A stretch of 64,000 nucleotides of DNA from Azolla caroliniana (taxonomy: Eukaryota > Plantae > Polypodiophyta), in assembly GCA_043228905.1 (NCBI GenBank), contig JBHGNT010000014.1, positions 5,270,001-5,334,000 on the forward strand. Direction: 5' to 3'. Below the pieces are notes generated by a model that made no database searches, was not told the DNA's origin, and saw only the letters and a list, made by a program, of their open reading frames with translations. A program made the position numbers and the translations under genes. How positions within the stretch are numbered: position 1 is the stretch's first letter; the number at the start of each line of letters is the position of its first letter. Below, one piece after another: positions 19,291-33,459 of this stretch.

Positions 19291-22200
19291 TTAATCAATA
19301 TTTAGATAAGAATATGTATTTAGATTGAAAGAAAGATATAAGAAACTTGTGAATCCCACAAGTATAGATTATATTATTTTTGTGAATCCCACGATTATAT
19401 TAATCGGTTGGTGTTTTCGGAAATATATCCAATTTCCAAATATTTCACACACCTATTACATTGTGCTCCCCATCCTTATGTAGTGATGGGAGAGACTAAG
19501 CCTAGCTACATGCTTTTTTTCTAATATGTTCATGCACACTAAATGTGCATGTGATGCTTTTCTAATCCTTGCTTTTATTTGCTAAATATAGTGCTCATGC
19601 ACGCTAGATGTGCATGAGTCACTTTTTAGTTTCTTGCGTTTTTCTATAAAATATTCACGCACTCTAAAAATGCATGATTTACCTTTTAATAAAGGTAGGC
19701 GCAAATAAAGCACTTATAGTTATTAAATCTAGTTGTAGAACACTAAAGATAAGGTAGCATAATGGTAAAGTTGAGGTTTGGCTACGTGGAGGTACAGGGT
19801 TTGAATCTTGCCCTATGCACGTGATAAATATTTTGATATTCTTATTTTATTTATTTATATGTAATTAAATCGGTTATATTATTTTTACTTTTTCACGTAG
19901 TGTACGAAATACACTGCGACAACGCGTGGGCGAATTTCAAGGGGATTTTCGCCGCTAGCACAATGGCTAGGAAGTTGCAGAGGAGCTCAGCAATGTCCGA
20001 CAAAAAGATCTGTGAACCTCGTGCCTCCGGTAACGTGAACGTCGAGGAGGACGAAATGGTGCTGGTTTGTCTTGGAGGGTTAGCGTCAAAGTTCAGACCA
20101 TTCCGAACCGCAATCTACACATAGGAGAATACGCCTTCGTTCTTCGACCTTCAGTTGATGTTGCTCATGGAGGAAAATCACGCGGATGCTGGTACTGTGG
20201 CAAGAAAGGCCATAGGGAGAGCGAGTGCTGGAAGAAGAGAGCCGATTCGGACAAAGCCGGATCGAACGAAAGAGACACAAGTAGGCGTCAGAAAGTGCAC
20301 TACGCCGAGGGCTCCGAATGAGCCGGAAATGGATCGGGCCCAGCCTGCGTAATGAAGCACAAGGCCAATTCGATGGCCGTGAACACCTCGAAATCGAGCA
20401 AGGTGTGGTATGTTGATTCCGGTGAGTCAAATCATATGACGAGTCATGAGGATGGTCTGTGTACTTGGAGAAACCGGAAAAACGAGTGGTCGAAACGGGA
20501 GACGACACTCCGCATACCATCGAACATGTTGGCGAAGTTCCCTTCCGCCACGTCGGGCAGAAAACGAAACTGATGAACGTGTTGCACGTCCTGACAATAA
20601 CCAAAAACCTGGTGTTAGTCGGTTAGATCGTCAACCAAGGGATGCAAGTTCGATTCACGCACCTCGGGTGCTACATCGAAGAGGATGGCCAAGTCATCGC
20701 GCAAGGGCGCCTTGAAGGGAGGATGTTTATCCTCAACACCAACCAAGCCGGAACTGCATTGTTCGCGAAAGGACAGAAGGTCGAATCGGATATCGACCTA
20801 TGGCACAAGCGGTTTAGCCATGATAACTTCCAACGGCTTCGTGAAATGCAGACGAAGAATATTGTTTTCGGATTGCCGAAATTTCGGGGCCGTAATGGAC
20901 AAGTCTGCGAAGCTTGCCAACTAGGGAAGCAACACCAACTTCCGTTCACAAACGAGCGTAATCAGAGTCGAAATCCGCTCAACTTAATCCATTCGGATGT
21001 ATGGGGACCGGTACAAAATGTGAGTTTTAGTGGTAGCCGTTACTTCGTAACCTTCATCGATGACTTCACTCTGCACACTTGGACGTGCTTGCTCGCGAAA
21101 AAGAGCGAAGTCTTCGCATTGTTCCTGAAGGTAAAGAGTCGCGAGGAAAGGGAAACTGGGCGTAAGATCAAGTGCCTACGGTCCAATGGCGGGAAGGAGT
21201 ACTTCTCCGACCAGTTCACGGGGTATCTAGAGAAAGAGGGAATTCGACGTGAATTCTCGTGTAGATATACGCCGGTGAAGAACCGGACAATCGAAGAAGC
21301 GGCCAGGGCAATGCTTGAAGAGAAGCATATGTCGAAGTTTTATTGGGCTGAAGCCGTAAGGACAACTGTTTATTTGCAGAATCAAACTTTTGCTAATGGA
21401 GTGTCGCCACATGAGTTGTATTTCGGAAAGACGCCGAACTTGGCTCACTTGAGGATTTTCGGCAACATCGCGTATGTGCATGTGCCAAAGGAGAAACGAA
21501 GGAAGCTGGATGCCAAAACCGAAAAGTGCATCTTACTTGGCTATTCAAACGAACAAAAGGGGTAAGCCAAGATGTCGTGTTCGATGAATTCCCTTCATGG
21601 TACTTGCCTTTGCCTCCAATATTTGATGACTCCATTCCGAATTCTGAAGAAGAGGTCAGTGAGGCCGAGCTGCCTTACTGTGATGAGGAAATCAGAGCTC
21701 TAACAGAGAGTTCGATCTCATTTCGGCTAAGTGGGCCGAATGAGGGGTTGGGCCGAGATGGCCAACCAAATAAAGAGTCAGCGAGTAGTGGAGACTCGGT
21801 CGTGTTGTCCCCGCGTAAAGAACCGAGGAGACGGTTTACACATAAAGAAAAAGGGAAGAAGAAAATGTCGGAATACGATTTCGGCAGTGCCGAGTTAGAT
21901 CGGAGCGAATTTGACTTTGGGCCAATTGAGAAGGAACTTCCATGGAAGAGGTTGAAATCAACCGAAAAGGTCATGAAATCGAGTAATCACGAATTATGCC
22001 AATCTACCTGCCTGAAGAACCCCGTAAAAAGGTACGGGTACAATGAATACATGGCACACCATTAAACATACATGACAGGAGTGGCAGAAGTGCGTGAGTC
22101 GGAGAGCTACGTAGAAGCAGCGAAAGACACGAATTGGCGTGCCGGGATGGAGGAAGAGATGAGCAATTTAACGTACAGTGAGACTTGGGACCTGGTTGAC

Positions 22201-25200
22201 GCACCTAAAGGTGTAAAGCTAATCGGGTGCAGATGGGTGTTTAAGATGAAACACAACACCGACGGCACGGTCAATCGATATAAGACCCGAGCCGGTTCCG
22301 ACAGTTCGTCGGAAGCCTCATCTACTTGACAATCACACGACCGGATCTTAACTACCCAGTCAGAATGATCACTCAATTTATGTCGCAGCCCACGACTGAA
22401 CACTTTTAGTGCACGCAAAGGATATTACGATATGTCAGCGGCACTAAGGACATGGCATTGTTCTATCGGGCAGGCGAAGCCGAACAATTAGTTGGCTACA
22501 TGGATGGGAAATGCCCACGATCGTAGATCAACATCCGGATATGCATTCTCATTGGGAAGTGCGGTGATCGCGTGGAGCAGTAAGAAGCAGCCGACAGTAT
22601 CACTGTTGAGCACCGAGGCCGAATATCGAGGGGTGATTTTCACTATGTGCGAAGTCATTTGGCTGCATGGTTGTTTATGTACACGTATTTAACGTTTAAA
22701 TACGTATAGTACCTCATCATTTGTATATAGTATGAACTATACCTCAATGTTGTTCAGTCAAATATCATGTACATTTTTCCAATACGGTATTTAACGTATT
22801 TATAAAAAAACAAGTATAATACGTATTTATAAAGAAAATGTGAGTAAAACCCTAACAAAAAGCAAAAGAAAAAAAAGATTTTAGTGAAAAAGAACCCAAA
22901 GGAAGGAAGAAAGAAGAATAGAAGAGAGGACGATGAAGAAGATGAAGAAGAAGACGAAGAAGAGAGAAAAGAAGACATAAACCTCTCCTGAGTGTGATAA
23001 TCGCAGAAGATAGAAGAAGAAGAAAACGAAGAAAAGAGAAACCTATCATGAGTGTGATAATCGCAGACGATAATAGCTAATAATAATATCCCATTAATAA
23101 GTATTTCGCTCCAATTCAAGAGCCCCTTGACCGAGTAACTAGTCTTATCCCCGATCGTGGCCCCATCTTTAGCCTGTTTTAGCCGGTTGCGCATTTAGCC
23201 TTGCTTCTTTGACCCATTGCTCAAGTGTGTCCTCCTCCAACAACCTTTCCATCACCTCAACAACAGCTTGCAAGTCAGCCACGTCTTGCCCTAACTTTTC
23301 CAGTACAATGGGATCTATTTGGACATTATCAGTAGTTGGGGTTAGTGGGGTGGAATCAAGGTTTTGGGATTTGAAGAAATGTTGCAGCTCGATTCGGACG
23401 TTCCGACTTTTTTAGTCATTCCCAAAATCGAATTCTTCACTCGATTTGGATTTCCGGACTTCATCTCTCTCCTCCCTCTCGATCTGTCTCCTCCCCCTCA
23501 AGTTCGGCATGTGTGTTGTCCATAGGCTAGAAATATAAATACGAAATATGTAAACTCGCTAGTAGGTAGAAAAGTAGGTGAGGAAATAGGCAGAACTTAA
23601 ATAGTCGAGTTTTGAGCCCTCACACTCAGCCGACGGCTCAACTATGTGTAAAGAAGAAAACTATATAAACCGAGATCTACATACCTCGAGAGGGAGGAAT
23701 AACTAGATTAGTTAGTAGGATTAATATCGTAGCACTGAGCTCTGCACAAAACTGTTTCTGGCTGAGAGCCGTGTACTGTATTCACTGTGAGCTTTCTCAT
23801 TTAATATAAATCTCGCTCTTATTGTTCCTTTCATCTGTGTATTCTTCCCGTACTTGTAAACCGAGCTACGTCTATGTCTACCAGGTTGTAGCTAGTGTAC
23901 GCTCCCCGTTCCCCTAATGTCTTCTCGGTGTAGAAGAAGCCTCCACGTGACACGACCCCAAAAATGAAGGTGTTTTCTCCAGAAACGGTTAACACAATTT
24001 GGCACGCCGACTCGGTGCCATGCCGGGGAAATTATGATTCTGATGGACAGGCCCCTTCTGGATAATTGACGAGTTTAACGACACATTCCAACTCGGCACA
24101 CTTGTTGGAGACATCGTCAAAAGCTGGGTAAATGGATTCCGACTTCGACCTTACCAAGGAAATACCCCAGCTAATCCCTTTGCCGAGTCTCACGGCACAG
24201 ACCAGTTCACGAATGACACCACGAAGGAGGCCACATGCCCCCATCGGTAAAATAATGACCTACCCACCAAAATTATATATTAGGAATAGTTTAAGCATTT
24301 AAATTAGCCTTACCCAAACTACCTAACAAATCACCCCAAATCACGACATTTTCTTAGGAGCACAAAGTAGTCACCTTCACATTAAAGTAGAATATTTAAG
24401 GAACATGCACACCTCACGAGGCATAACACTCCTGTGACGCGTGGCCATAATACCTTATTATGGCAGCCACAACCAAGAATCTAAAGGATCTTCTCCCTGC
24501 ACAAAACCCTAGGCGATCACATAAAACAAGCTACCCCACACACAACACGCCCACTCACACAGAAGCTTTCTTGCCTTCATAGCTTTCAAGCTCCCAAGCT
24601 CTCTCTCGTTCTCATTGCTCCCGCAAACAGGCCTTCTCTCGCCCTCGTAGCCCCTGCACAGAACAACGGTTTCCTCCCCAACAATCTTCTTCCATCTCTC
24701 TGTCTCGCCCTCGTCTCATCGCTCCCACCCACTCTCCCTGTCAGCAAACCAACGAGTCCACCATGCCTCTCTCACCATCACAGGAAACCCGTTCTTGGCT
24801 ACAACAACAAGGATTGGGCGGCTACTTACAGGTCATCGACACCCCAATGCACCCTGACGCCCGAGCAATAGCACGTAGAATCCACCCTGACACAGTGACC
24901 AACAATATGATTCGCGCTGATCTGGACCTTACGTGAGGCGGAGAACATGAAGTCGAGATTCCTCCTCACACGACCCTCAAGGAATACTTTGGGATGTATT
25001 CGATGTCGGGAAAAGCTTGGCACACTTACGGAGGACCAAACAAGTCTTTTGGGGAGATCGCCCAAATTTTGATGGAATACGCCTTTGTGCATACAAATCC
25101 CACGAGTATGCCACAGAATAAGGCTGCCATCATCATCAAAGAGTACGAAGGCGACAAAGTCAATTGGGGAATCATCACCGGTGAAGTAGTCTATGCAACA

Positions 25201-26684
25201 CTGGAGTCTTTTCAATTAGGTAAGCGATTGCTACCTGTGATGAACCATTACCTCACAGTCCTGTACCCACCTCCTTCGTTTTCCCCTCGTCGCATCCTCA
25301 CCTTTCCACCACCACCACGGAAACAACGAGAGAAGATTTTGGCATTAACCCAAGAAGAATGGGAAGACCCCTTGCCCTCTCCACCTCTGTCGGCCACTCA
25401 GAATCCTACTCCCACCTCGGCGCCACCCCCACCAAAAACACAGAAGCAATGGGCGTTACTAGTGACCCGTGTCGAATGGGACGAGGCCGAGGTGCCCATC
25501 ACTGAGGATGTCACCATACGACATAAGACACCAAGGACATCGATGCCCTCTCCACAACCGAGCCCATGCCCCGCAAACCAGCAGCCTTCGGGCATACGGC
25601 AACAAAAGTGGAAATAAGTCGAGGAGCCAACACCACAGGCCCCGGACTCACAGGATCAGCCGAAAACGAGATGACGCATCAATCGCGAGTCGACCACAAA
25701 AACCGAAGGGACCCAGCATCAGAAATCAAAGGAGGCCAGCCTGACCTCCACGGCCATGGTACCCGTAGAGTCATGGCTCCACACAGGCAGGATCGAGGAT
25801 GGACAACCCACGCAGATATCGGAAGAGGAAGTCCTCGGTTACAAAGACCTCCCCACGGAGGCATATGAGTTCAGTGCACTACTTCGACTAGGCACAACAT
25901 ATGAGTTGATGGATTTCCTCGCGTGCGCCCAAGTAGTTGCTGTTGCTCGTATGGCCGAGGAGCACGCGGAAACAAAGATGATCCAACACGCACTAAAGGG
26001 AGAACTCGAATCTCAAGAGGATCGAGCCTTATAGAAGATAGGTTGGAAGAAGCAAGCACAAAATGCTTCCCTCCTCATGGAGCTACCAGATTTGAACACG
26101 GCCTTAGTCGAGGCATATCGAAATCTACACCACACAACTTGGGCAGCCAAGGACATGGCCCGACGTATCAAAACGACATAGTAGCAAGCCAAACGGGCCA
26201 CCGAGCTATGGCAAGCCGCCGAGCAGAAACTAGCATCATTGGAGTAGCAACATCGAGAACAACCGCCCTTAAGCCTCCATGCCCCGAGTAACGATGTCTC
26301 ACCAGCCCCTCTTCCGAACCCGAGCCTGAGTGCTACTGTTACCGAAGCACACCCCAGGGTCGATGCAAGCACAATGACGGATACGGTACAGACGAGCGAG
26401 ACATCGTCACTGGCAGATAAAAGTCTGCACCCCCAAACCAGCCACGCCTCCACGCAAACGGTGACGCCAACTGTCGTCACCACCAACGAAACATCTCTTA
26501 CAGCAGACAGGACACCGTGCCTCTAGACCATGCACACTTCCACGTAAACACCACGACCGCCTGTCGTCATGGAGAGATCTACACAGACGAATAGGGAACC
26601 CAATTCCTGGAACTAGCAAGCTGCAACCCAGACAGAGCCTCCCCTCCGTGACTACCAAGACAAGCTCAAGGCCTAGATTGCTGG

Positions 26685-27108
26685 TATTAAAGACATGTAC
26701 TAAAGTAAGCATTAGATAAGGATAGATCTAGGTAGATAGAAAGAAAGGAGAGAGAGAAACAAGGGTGTCGATCCACCTGACCACCCCCGAGCGAAGGGAT
26801 CAAGACGGACTCGAGCCTCGATCAGCGTCCCATACCACCGCCGTGGTGTTGAGTCGTACCTGGTGCTGGCGCACTCGCTACAAGAGTTGACCCACCACAA
26901 GACAGAGTCTCGACGTAGACAACAAGATAGTCAAATGAGGGAAGCTAGGCCTCTTATTTATAGCGATACCCAAGGCCCCCAGGCAAGTTCACACTTGGGC
27001 TAATGGGTTGTCTCAATCCCGAGGATTTAAAAGTAATCCTCCCCTTCTTTACACTCTCGTTTAACCCTCATACTTATCCACGTGTATAGAATACTACGGT
27101 AAATTCTC
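26685..27108 (-). repeat. Gypsy 3' LTR
   Basis: Highly similar direct repeat of 32290-32714. Confidence 0.9.
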
Positions 27109-29141
27109 GGATTTCTTTAGTACGTAATTTTTTTTTTTTAACATCGAGAATTCTTTCTGGTACATGTGGTTTAGAAGATACATCTTCAGAAGTAACCAGA
27201 GTTTCAGTTGTAACTGTATTCTCGCCAGAACCTAGAAGTTCTTTTAGACGACTCACATGAAAAAATGGATGAATTCCAACACCATCGTGAAGAGCGAGAC
27301 TATAGGCTGATGACCCAATCCGTTTGAGGACTGTAAAAGGTCCACAAAACCGTGGGGCTAACTTAGCGCACTTACCCGTAGACAATGTCTTAGAATTGTG
27401 AGGTACACGTAAAAATACCTTCTGTCTAGGGTTGAATACACGAGGTTGCCTATAATGATCGGCATAAAAACGCGTTGTATCTTGAGTTGTTTTTATATTA
27501 TCTCGTGCAATATGCAACATATCTTGCATATCCTGAAGAAAGTTTTGCGTACTTCGCAACTCATCATGATGTATATTAACATCAATTGGGGCTCGTGGCT
27601 GAAAACCATACATCAACATAAAAGGACTATATCTCGTCGACGTATGCTTGGAGCTGTTATAAGCAAACTCCAAAATTAGGAGATAACGTTCCCATTTTGT
27701 TGGTTTTACCTCAAAGCGATTTCCATAAAGATAATGGCGTCATGTTTTGAGCGCATGTATAACTGCAAATAATTCATTTTCTTGAACGTTATACCGACAT
27801 TGAGCAGAATAAAGTTTCTTACTCTCGAATGCTATGGGTTAACCATCTTGATATAAGACAGCCCCTATAGCATATTCGCTTGCATCGGTTTCAACCTCAA
27901 AAGGTTTTGAAGGATCGGGTAAAAGAAGTGAAGGAGCCTTGCATACCAGGTCCTTGAGTTCCTTAAAGGCGAGGTCTAGTGTAGCATTCCAAACAATAGG
28001 TTTTGTAGACTTACGCGTTTGACCTTTTAGAAGATCGGTAAACGACGTCGTCAATTGGGAATAATTACGAAGGGATTTTCGCAGAAACCCGACAAAACCA
28101 AGGAATGATCGAACTTCTCGAATATTCCGAAGAGTGGGCCAAAGCTTGATTTTCTCGATGCGAGAATGATCAATTTCAACTCCTCGTTCGGTTATGAGAT
28201 GTCCAAGATAAGTAATTGATTTCTTTAAGAAATCACATTTTGAGATCTTCGCGTAAAACTATTTGTCACGCAATGTTTGTAAAACAAAGCGGACATGTTT
28301 AGCATGTTCGTGTAATGTACGGCTATAAACTAAAATATCATCCAAGAAAATAACGACAAATTTTCCAAGTTGTTCTCGGAAAATGTCATTCATTTCTTGT
28401 TGAAATGTAGCCGGAGCATTGGTCAAACCAAAAGGCATAACCAAAAACTCATAATGGCCATAGCGTGTACGAAATGCCGTTTTAGGAACATTGTCCTCAC
28501 TTATACGAATTTGATGGTAGCCAGTATGGAGATCAAGTTTCGTAAAATACCGAGCTCCCTCGAGACGGTCAATTAGATCGTCAGCTCGGGGCAATGGATA
28601 CGAATTCTTGATCGTCACTTTATTCAAGCGTCGGTAATTAATACACATACGCCATATGCCCTCTTTCTTTTTAACCAAGAGAACTGGTGCACCCCATGGA
28701 GATTTACTATAACGTATCTAACCCATTCGTAAATAGTCCTTGAGTTGCTTAGATACCTCATCCTCTTCAGATCGACTTAAGCAATAAGGAGGTATACTTA
28801 TTGGTGCAACACCAGGTATAATATCTATACGATTGTCTACATTACGTTTAGGAGGTAACCCATCTGGTAGTTCACTCGGAAAAACATCACGAAAATCATT
28901 TAAGATTTCATCAAGTTGTTGTTGTTCAAAATATCTTAATTGACATTATCGATATTGTAAACGTGAATGTCCGGATCAAGTACACAATAAAATAGAGTAG
29001 AATAAGACAACTCGGATATTGATGGACATGAGGAAACAATCGAGAGGGATTGTTTTTTTACACATTGAATAAAATGAGTAGAATCGTTCAGTACAAATGT
29101 AATTGAATGATGAACACAATCAATAGATAAAGAAGAGCTTT

Positions 29142-29609
29142 TATTATAGAACCAGGGATAAACCAGTATTACATCGGTGGTACAAAGATCCATTACATGG
29201 AAGTCTACTTCCTCTATATAACTGTCAATAGAAATTCCTAATGAATGAATCGCCCATTTGATGTACTGGACTCTTCCATCAGCCAAGTGCACCATGTAGG
29301 TGTGATCACCTACGGTGGGTTGGATTCCCCATATCTGAACCAGACGATCATTCACAAAATTGTGTGAGCTTCCCCATATTATAGAACCAGGGATAACCCA
29401 GTATTACATCGGTGGTACAAAGATTCATTCCATGGAAGTCTACTTCCTCTATATAAGTGTCAATAGAAATTCCTAATGAATGAATCGCCCCGTTGATGTA
29501 TTGTACTCTTCCATCAGCCAAGTGCACCATGTAGGTGTGATCACCTACGGTGGGTTGGATTCCCCATATCTGAACCAAACGATCATTCACAAAATTGTGT
29601 GAGCTTCCC
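29142..29609. repeat. 235-bp tandem duplication within the gypsy protease
   Basis: TATTATAGAACCAGGGATA at 29142 and 29377; the peptide NDRLVQIWGIQPTVGDHTYMVHLADG appears twice. Confidence 0.9.
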
Positions 29610-32289
29610 AAATCAAATAAAAATTGTACGGTAGACCTGAAGGACATTAGGAATCTGACCTTTATGGTCTGCATCTTTAGCTTTGTTGTCATGCTCTTTC
29701 CGTTGGAGCTTTCGACATTGATCTTTTGTATGACCCTTCTTTTTGCAGAATACGCAAAAAGGATGTTGTCACTTACAATCGTGATCCATGAATTCGTTGG
29801 GTGTCTTGCGTTTCCTAGCGAATTGCGACTGCTTAGTCCCAGGCGCTTCGTTGGGTTTATTGTAGTCCTTCTTCGAAGTGCGTTGATAGCGAAGAACTAT
29901 TTCAACGGCCTCTTCGAAGGATTTTGGATCCTTATCGTGCACTATCCAATGATAGTCCGAATTGGGGATGCCATTGGCAAAACAAGCTATTAACCAATTG
30001 TCCCCTTCTAGACCTGACTTTTGGATTTGGGTTCTAGCATGGTGGACATAATCTTCTAGCGAGGAAAATTTCCGACTAGAGAGGTTCATTAAAGCTTGTG
30101 TTGCCTCGGTTTGAGAGGGAGGTTGTAGAAATTGGCCCTTGAAAATTGTGACAAAATCTGTCCAGGTATCAGGCAATTTCCCCAACATACGGAGCCCACG
30201 CCACCAGGCGGCGGCCTTACCCCCTAGTTCTTGGCCAACATATGCAATCTTCGTACTATCTGGTGTGGGATAGAGCTCAAAAAGAGACTTCCATCGGCCC
30301 AGCCACGTGCAGATTGTTTCTTTGGTTCTTTCCTTTTTGTCTCCCGTAAATGGCTTAACGACAAACGATGGTTCACCTTGTCGCTCATCAGGTCTATTAG
30401 TCTCACGTTGTAGACTAATGACACGTGCCTCGAGAGCACTTTGAGATTGCCGAAGTTCGGTCATCTATTGAGCGGTGAAACAAAGGTATTGGGTTATTTG
30501 CGAAAAATACATCTCAATGGACATTTGTCCAAGAGGATTCCCTTGAGTTCCTTCCGCTTGAGCGGATGACATCGGGTCGTTATTTTGAGCCATTAAATGA
30601 TTATTTCTGGAAAAGAAATAGGATAAGGTTAGAGAGATAGTCATAACATCATTTCGTGATGTAAACATATCATGGGCAAACATTAATCGATATCATGATC
30701 TCACGTCAATACCCCTCTCGACGTATGAGATGAGGTTCAAGATTAGGTTACTATGGTAACACAAAGGTGTTTTAAAAACCATGGGGGTGACAAATAAATT
30801 TCTTTCCCTGATCTCTATATCGATTTTTTCATGATGGCTCCTCGAGGCTCAACCATGTATGTTTGCGTCATGAATGGTTTATACACGAAAAAAATGTTAA
30901 CAATAAACTATGTTTCTGTGCCCACATATGTGGTTTCGGCTCTTTAAGTCCTATTATGAGGACCCCAAAGTGCACTTAGACCTCAAGTCTAAACATGTGT
31001 TATAATCATATGTATCAACGATGTTGTATGGTCTTGGTCATATTTGAACTCGAGACCTCAAGAACAAATACATTAATCACTTGAGCCAACCAAGTCGGTT
31101 GCTCTTCTTGAATGTTTAATGTTTCATGCGTATAAGAGATATGCAAGGCATTTGCCCATATATGTTTTTTTAAAAGAAACATATATGTCAAGAGTCCTTA
31201 TTTCACCCTCATTTACTACAACTATGTTGGTACGTTACCTAACCTCAAGTCTCATAATTACGATGGCATACGCCAAAGTGCAACTTTATGGTCAAGCCAA
31301 ATGAGCCCTCTTTTCGTAGTAGGCCCACGTGGCCCATCACATGGTCACGTCATTACGAATGCCTCTTGTAAGAATGATCTCATGGTGGCATCGTATCCAT
31401 GTAATGAGGGAGGGATGTTGAATACCTGTGTCATAAGAGCGACCTCACATGAAGTGGGTCAAACCCTACGTACTCAACATCATTATGGCTATTGGTGTTT
31501 CTTTACGTAACGAAATATCGAAGTCACCAACGGGGATTTCAACAATAAAAAATTGTTGAAAAAAGGGATGGTGACAACACGATTCTCATAAAAATGTGAG
31601 GACGGCCACCAAGAACCTTTCCCCGAAAAGGAAAACATTCGATTTAAAATCACGTAATAACTTATATACACATATGTATATTATCACATATATACGATCA
31701 ACTACGTATACATGTGACCACATATGCCTATATTAAAGAAATCGTTATATTTAATAGCCAAAAATGACATAATCAAGATACGTAATCGAGGCATATACCT
31801 CTACGCACATGAGACATCCAAAAATAAGGGTTCAACGTAATACGCAATTGAGGTATTGACCTCTTACGCATACGAGACCAAACACATATCATTTACAACA
31901 AAATCGAGGTGTTGACCTCATACGCAAACATAACATATGTTCGTGAACGTAATACGTAATTGAGGTATTAACCTCATAGGCATACGACACTCATCACATA
32001 TTATTTATATGTCAAACAAGGTATTGACCTCGTGCACATATGTAAACGTTTTAGATAACCAATTAAATACCACTACAACATCATTTAATTAATGAAAATA
32101 TTCTACATATTAACCATACACATGATAGATGGGAGAAGAAAAAGTAGACATAAAAATATAAAGAAAAATTACCGAAGTTCCTTGTTGATCCTTGTCTGCA
32201 TGAAGGCCAACCGCACAACGATTGATCGTCATCCATCGAGAAGATAAGACCAACAACAGAAACATTAGTGCATAGGCTTGGATACCAAA

Positions 32290-32714
32290 TATTAGAGACA
32301 TGTACTAAAGTAAGCATTAGATAAGGATAGATCTAGGTAGATAGAAAGAAAGGAGAGAGAGAAAGAAGGGTGCCGATCCACCCGACCACCCCCGAGCGAA
32401 GGGATCGAGACGGACTCAAGCCTCAATCGGCGTCCCATACCACCGTTGTGGCATCAAGTCGTACCTGGTGCTGGCGCACTCGCTACAAGAGTTGACCCAC
32501 CACAAGACAGAGTCTCGACGTAGTCAACAAGATAGTCAAATGAGGGTAGCTAGGCCTCTTATTTATAACGATACCCAAGGCCCCCAAGCAAGTTCACACT
32601 TGGCCTAATGGGTTGTCTCAATCCCAAGGATTTAAAAGTAATCATCCCCTTCTTTACACTCTCATTTAACCCTCACACTTATCCACATGTATAGAATACT
32701 ACGGTAAATTCTCA
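32290..32714 (-). repeat. Gypsy 5' LTR
   Basis: Highly similar direct repeat of 26685-27108; adjacent to the tRNA-iMet PBS. Confidence 0.9.
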
Positions 32715-33459
32715 CCAAGGGATATTATATGGTCATGCCCGTAACAGCTCGGGCCGAGTTAGCAGAACAAAACCACAACAACACTATTGGCCAACTGCGG
32801 GAACAAGCCGCAGGCCGCAAAGATGACCTCAAGTGACTGCTCACTGAAAGCTTGGCCGCACTCAAAGCACAAGAAAGAGAGGTGATGAACCTTCAGGTCG
32901 CTATCACCAAGTCCAAAGAACGATTCATCAAAGAAGCAGAGAGGAATAGCCAACAGGAATGTGAACTATTCGTAGACAACCAGGAATTACGTTGTCAACA
33001 AAGGGAATTACAAGAATTGGCAAACGAACACATGCAAAAGTGGAGGATCTCTGAAGAGCAAAGGGCGCAAATTTCAGATGCTTATCACCAGTTGCAAATA
33101 GGGGACATCGCCGCTAGGGAACGACAACGGGACGCTTGGAGAAAGGAAGTGGACGAAACTGTAGCTCAATTCACCAAACATTACGAGTAGACAATCGCGC
33201 TCGTAACCGCAAAAGCAAAGGATAACCAAGCTACTCTGAAGCTCCTCATTCGCAAATGCCAAGAAGACGCCAAGGCCGCAAGGGAGGAAGTGGAAGCTCA
33301 CCAAGCTCGCATCGGCATGGACGATATTACAATAAAGATCCTGATCAACAGTTATCGCCAGCAACTCACCAAGAAGATCGAGGAAACACTTGATCGTGTA
33401 TGGCAGGAATGGTCAGCCCAAGCCGCTGAACTACACATATTACGCGCGGACACCGAGAA

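Larger units (their letters stand above)
10100..19921. mobile_element. About 790-bp TGTCG...CGACA element (10100-10261 plus 19291-19921) that hosts the Sola-like transposon
   Basis: Flanked by ATGC (10096-10099) and ACGC (19922-19925). Ends match 5656-5792 in reverse. The GTGAATCCCAC motif recurs on both sides of the inner insertion. Confidence 0.75.
9343..22665 (+). mobile_element. Ty1/copia element (gag from 9846), split by the nested insertion at 10100-19921; pol decayed at 19926-22665
   Basis: gag begins MGSSLPTEKLDRSNY and is rejoined as KTPKDA|WANFKGIF across the insertion. Also a CWYCGKKGH zinc knuckle, WYVDSG protease, integrase ORF 20642-21565, and RT/RNase H remnants. Confidence 0.9.
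26685..32714 (-). mobile_element. Ty3/gypsy chromovirus-type element with two LTRs; integrase core deleted
   Basis: Direct repeats at 26685-27108 and 32290-32714; PBS TGGTATC at 32287-32281(-); gag 29769-30683; protease LFDLGSSHNF; [14 protein letters not shown]; RNase H VETDASEYAIGAVL; integrase tail KLAPRFCGPF and chromodomain start PERILD. Confidence 0.9.

Noticed and set aside
10100-19921. TGTCG...CGACA as the termini of the methyltransferase transposon, with 5656-5792 as its MITE
   Set aside because: Inner 36-bp TIRs with their own TTAA duplication exist, and copy 2 begins at that inner TIR without the outer sequence. The outer piece is a separate host element.
22754-23194. 146-aa Ser/Phe-rich ORF
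   Set aside because: Translation of low-complexity GAA-rich sequence on the opposite strand; no protein motif.
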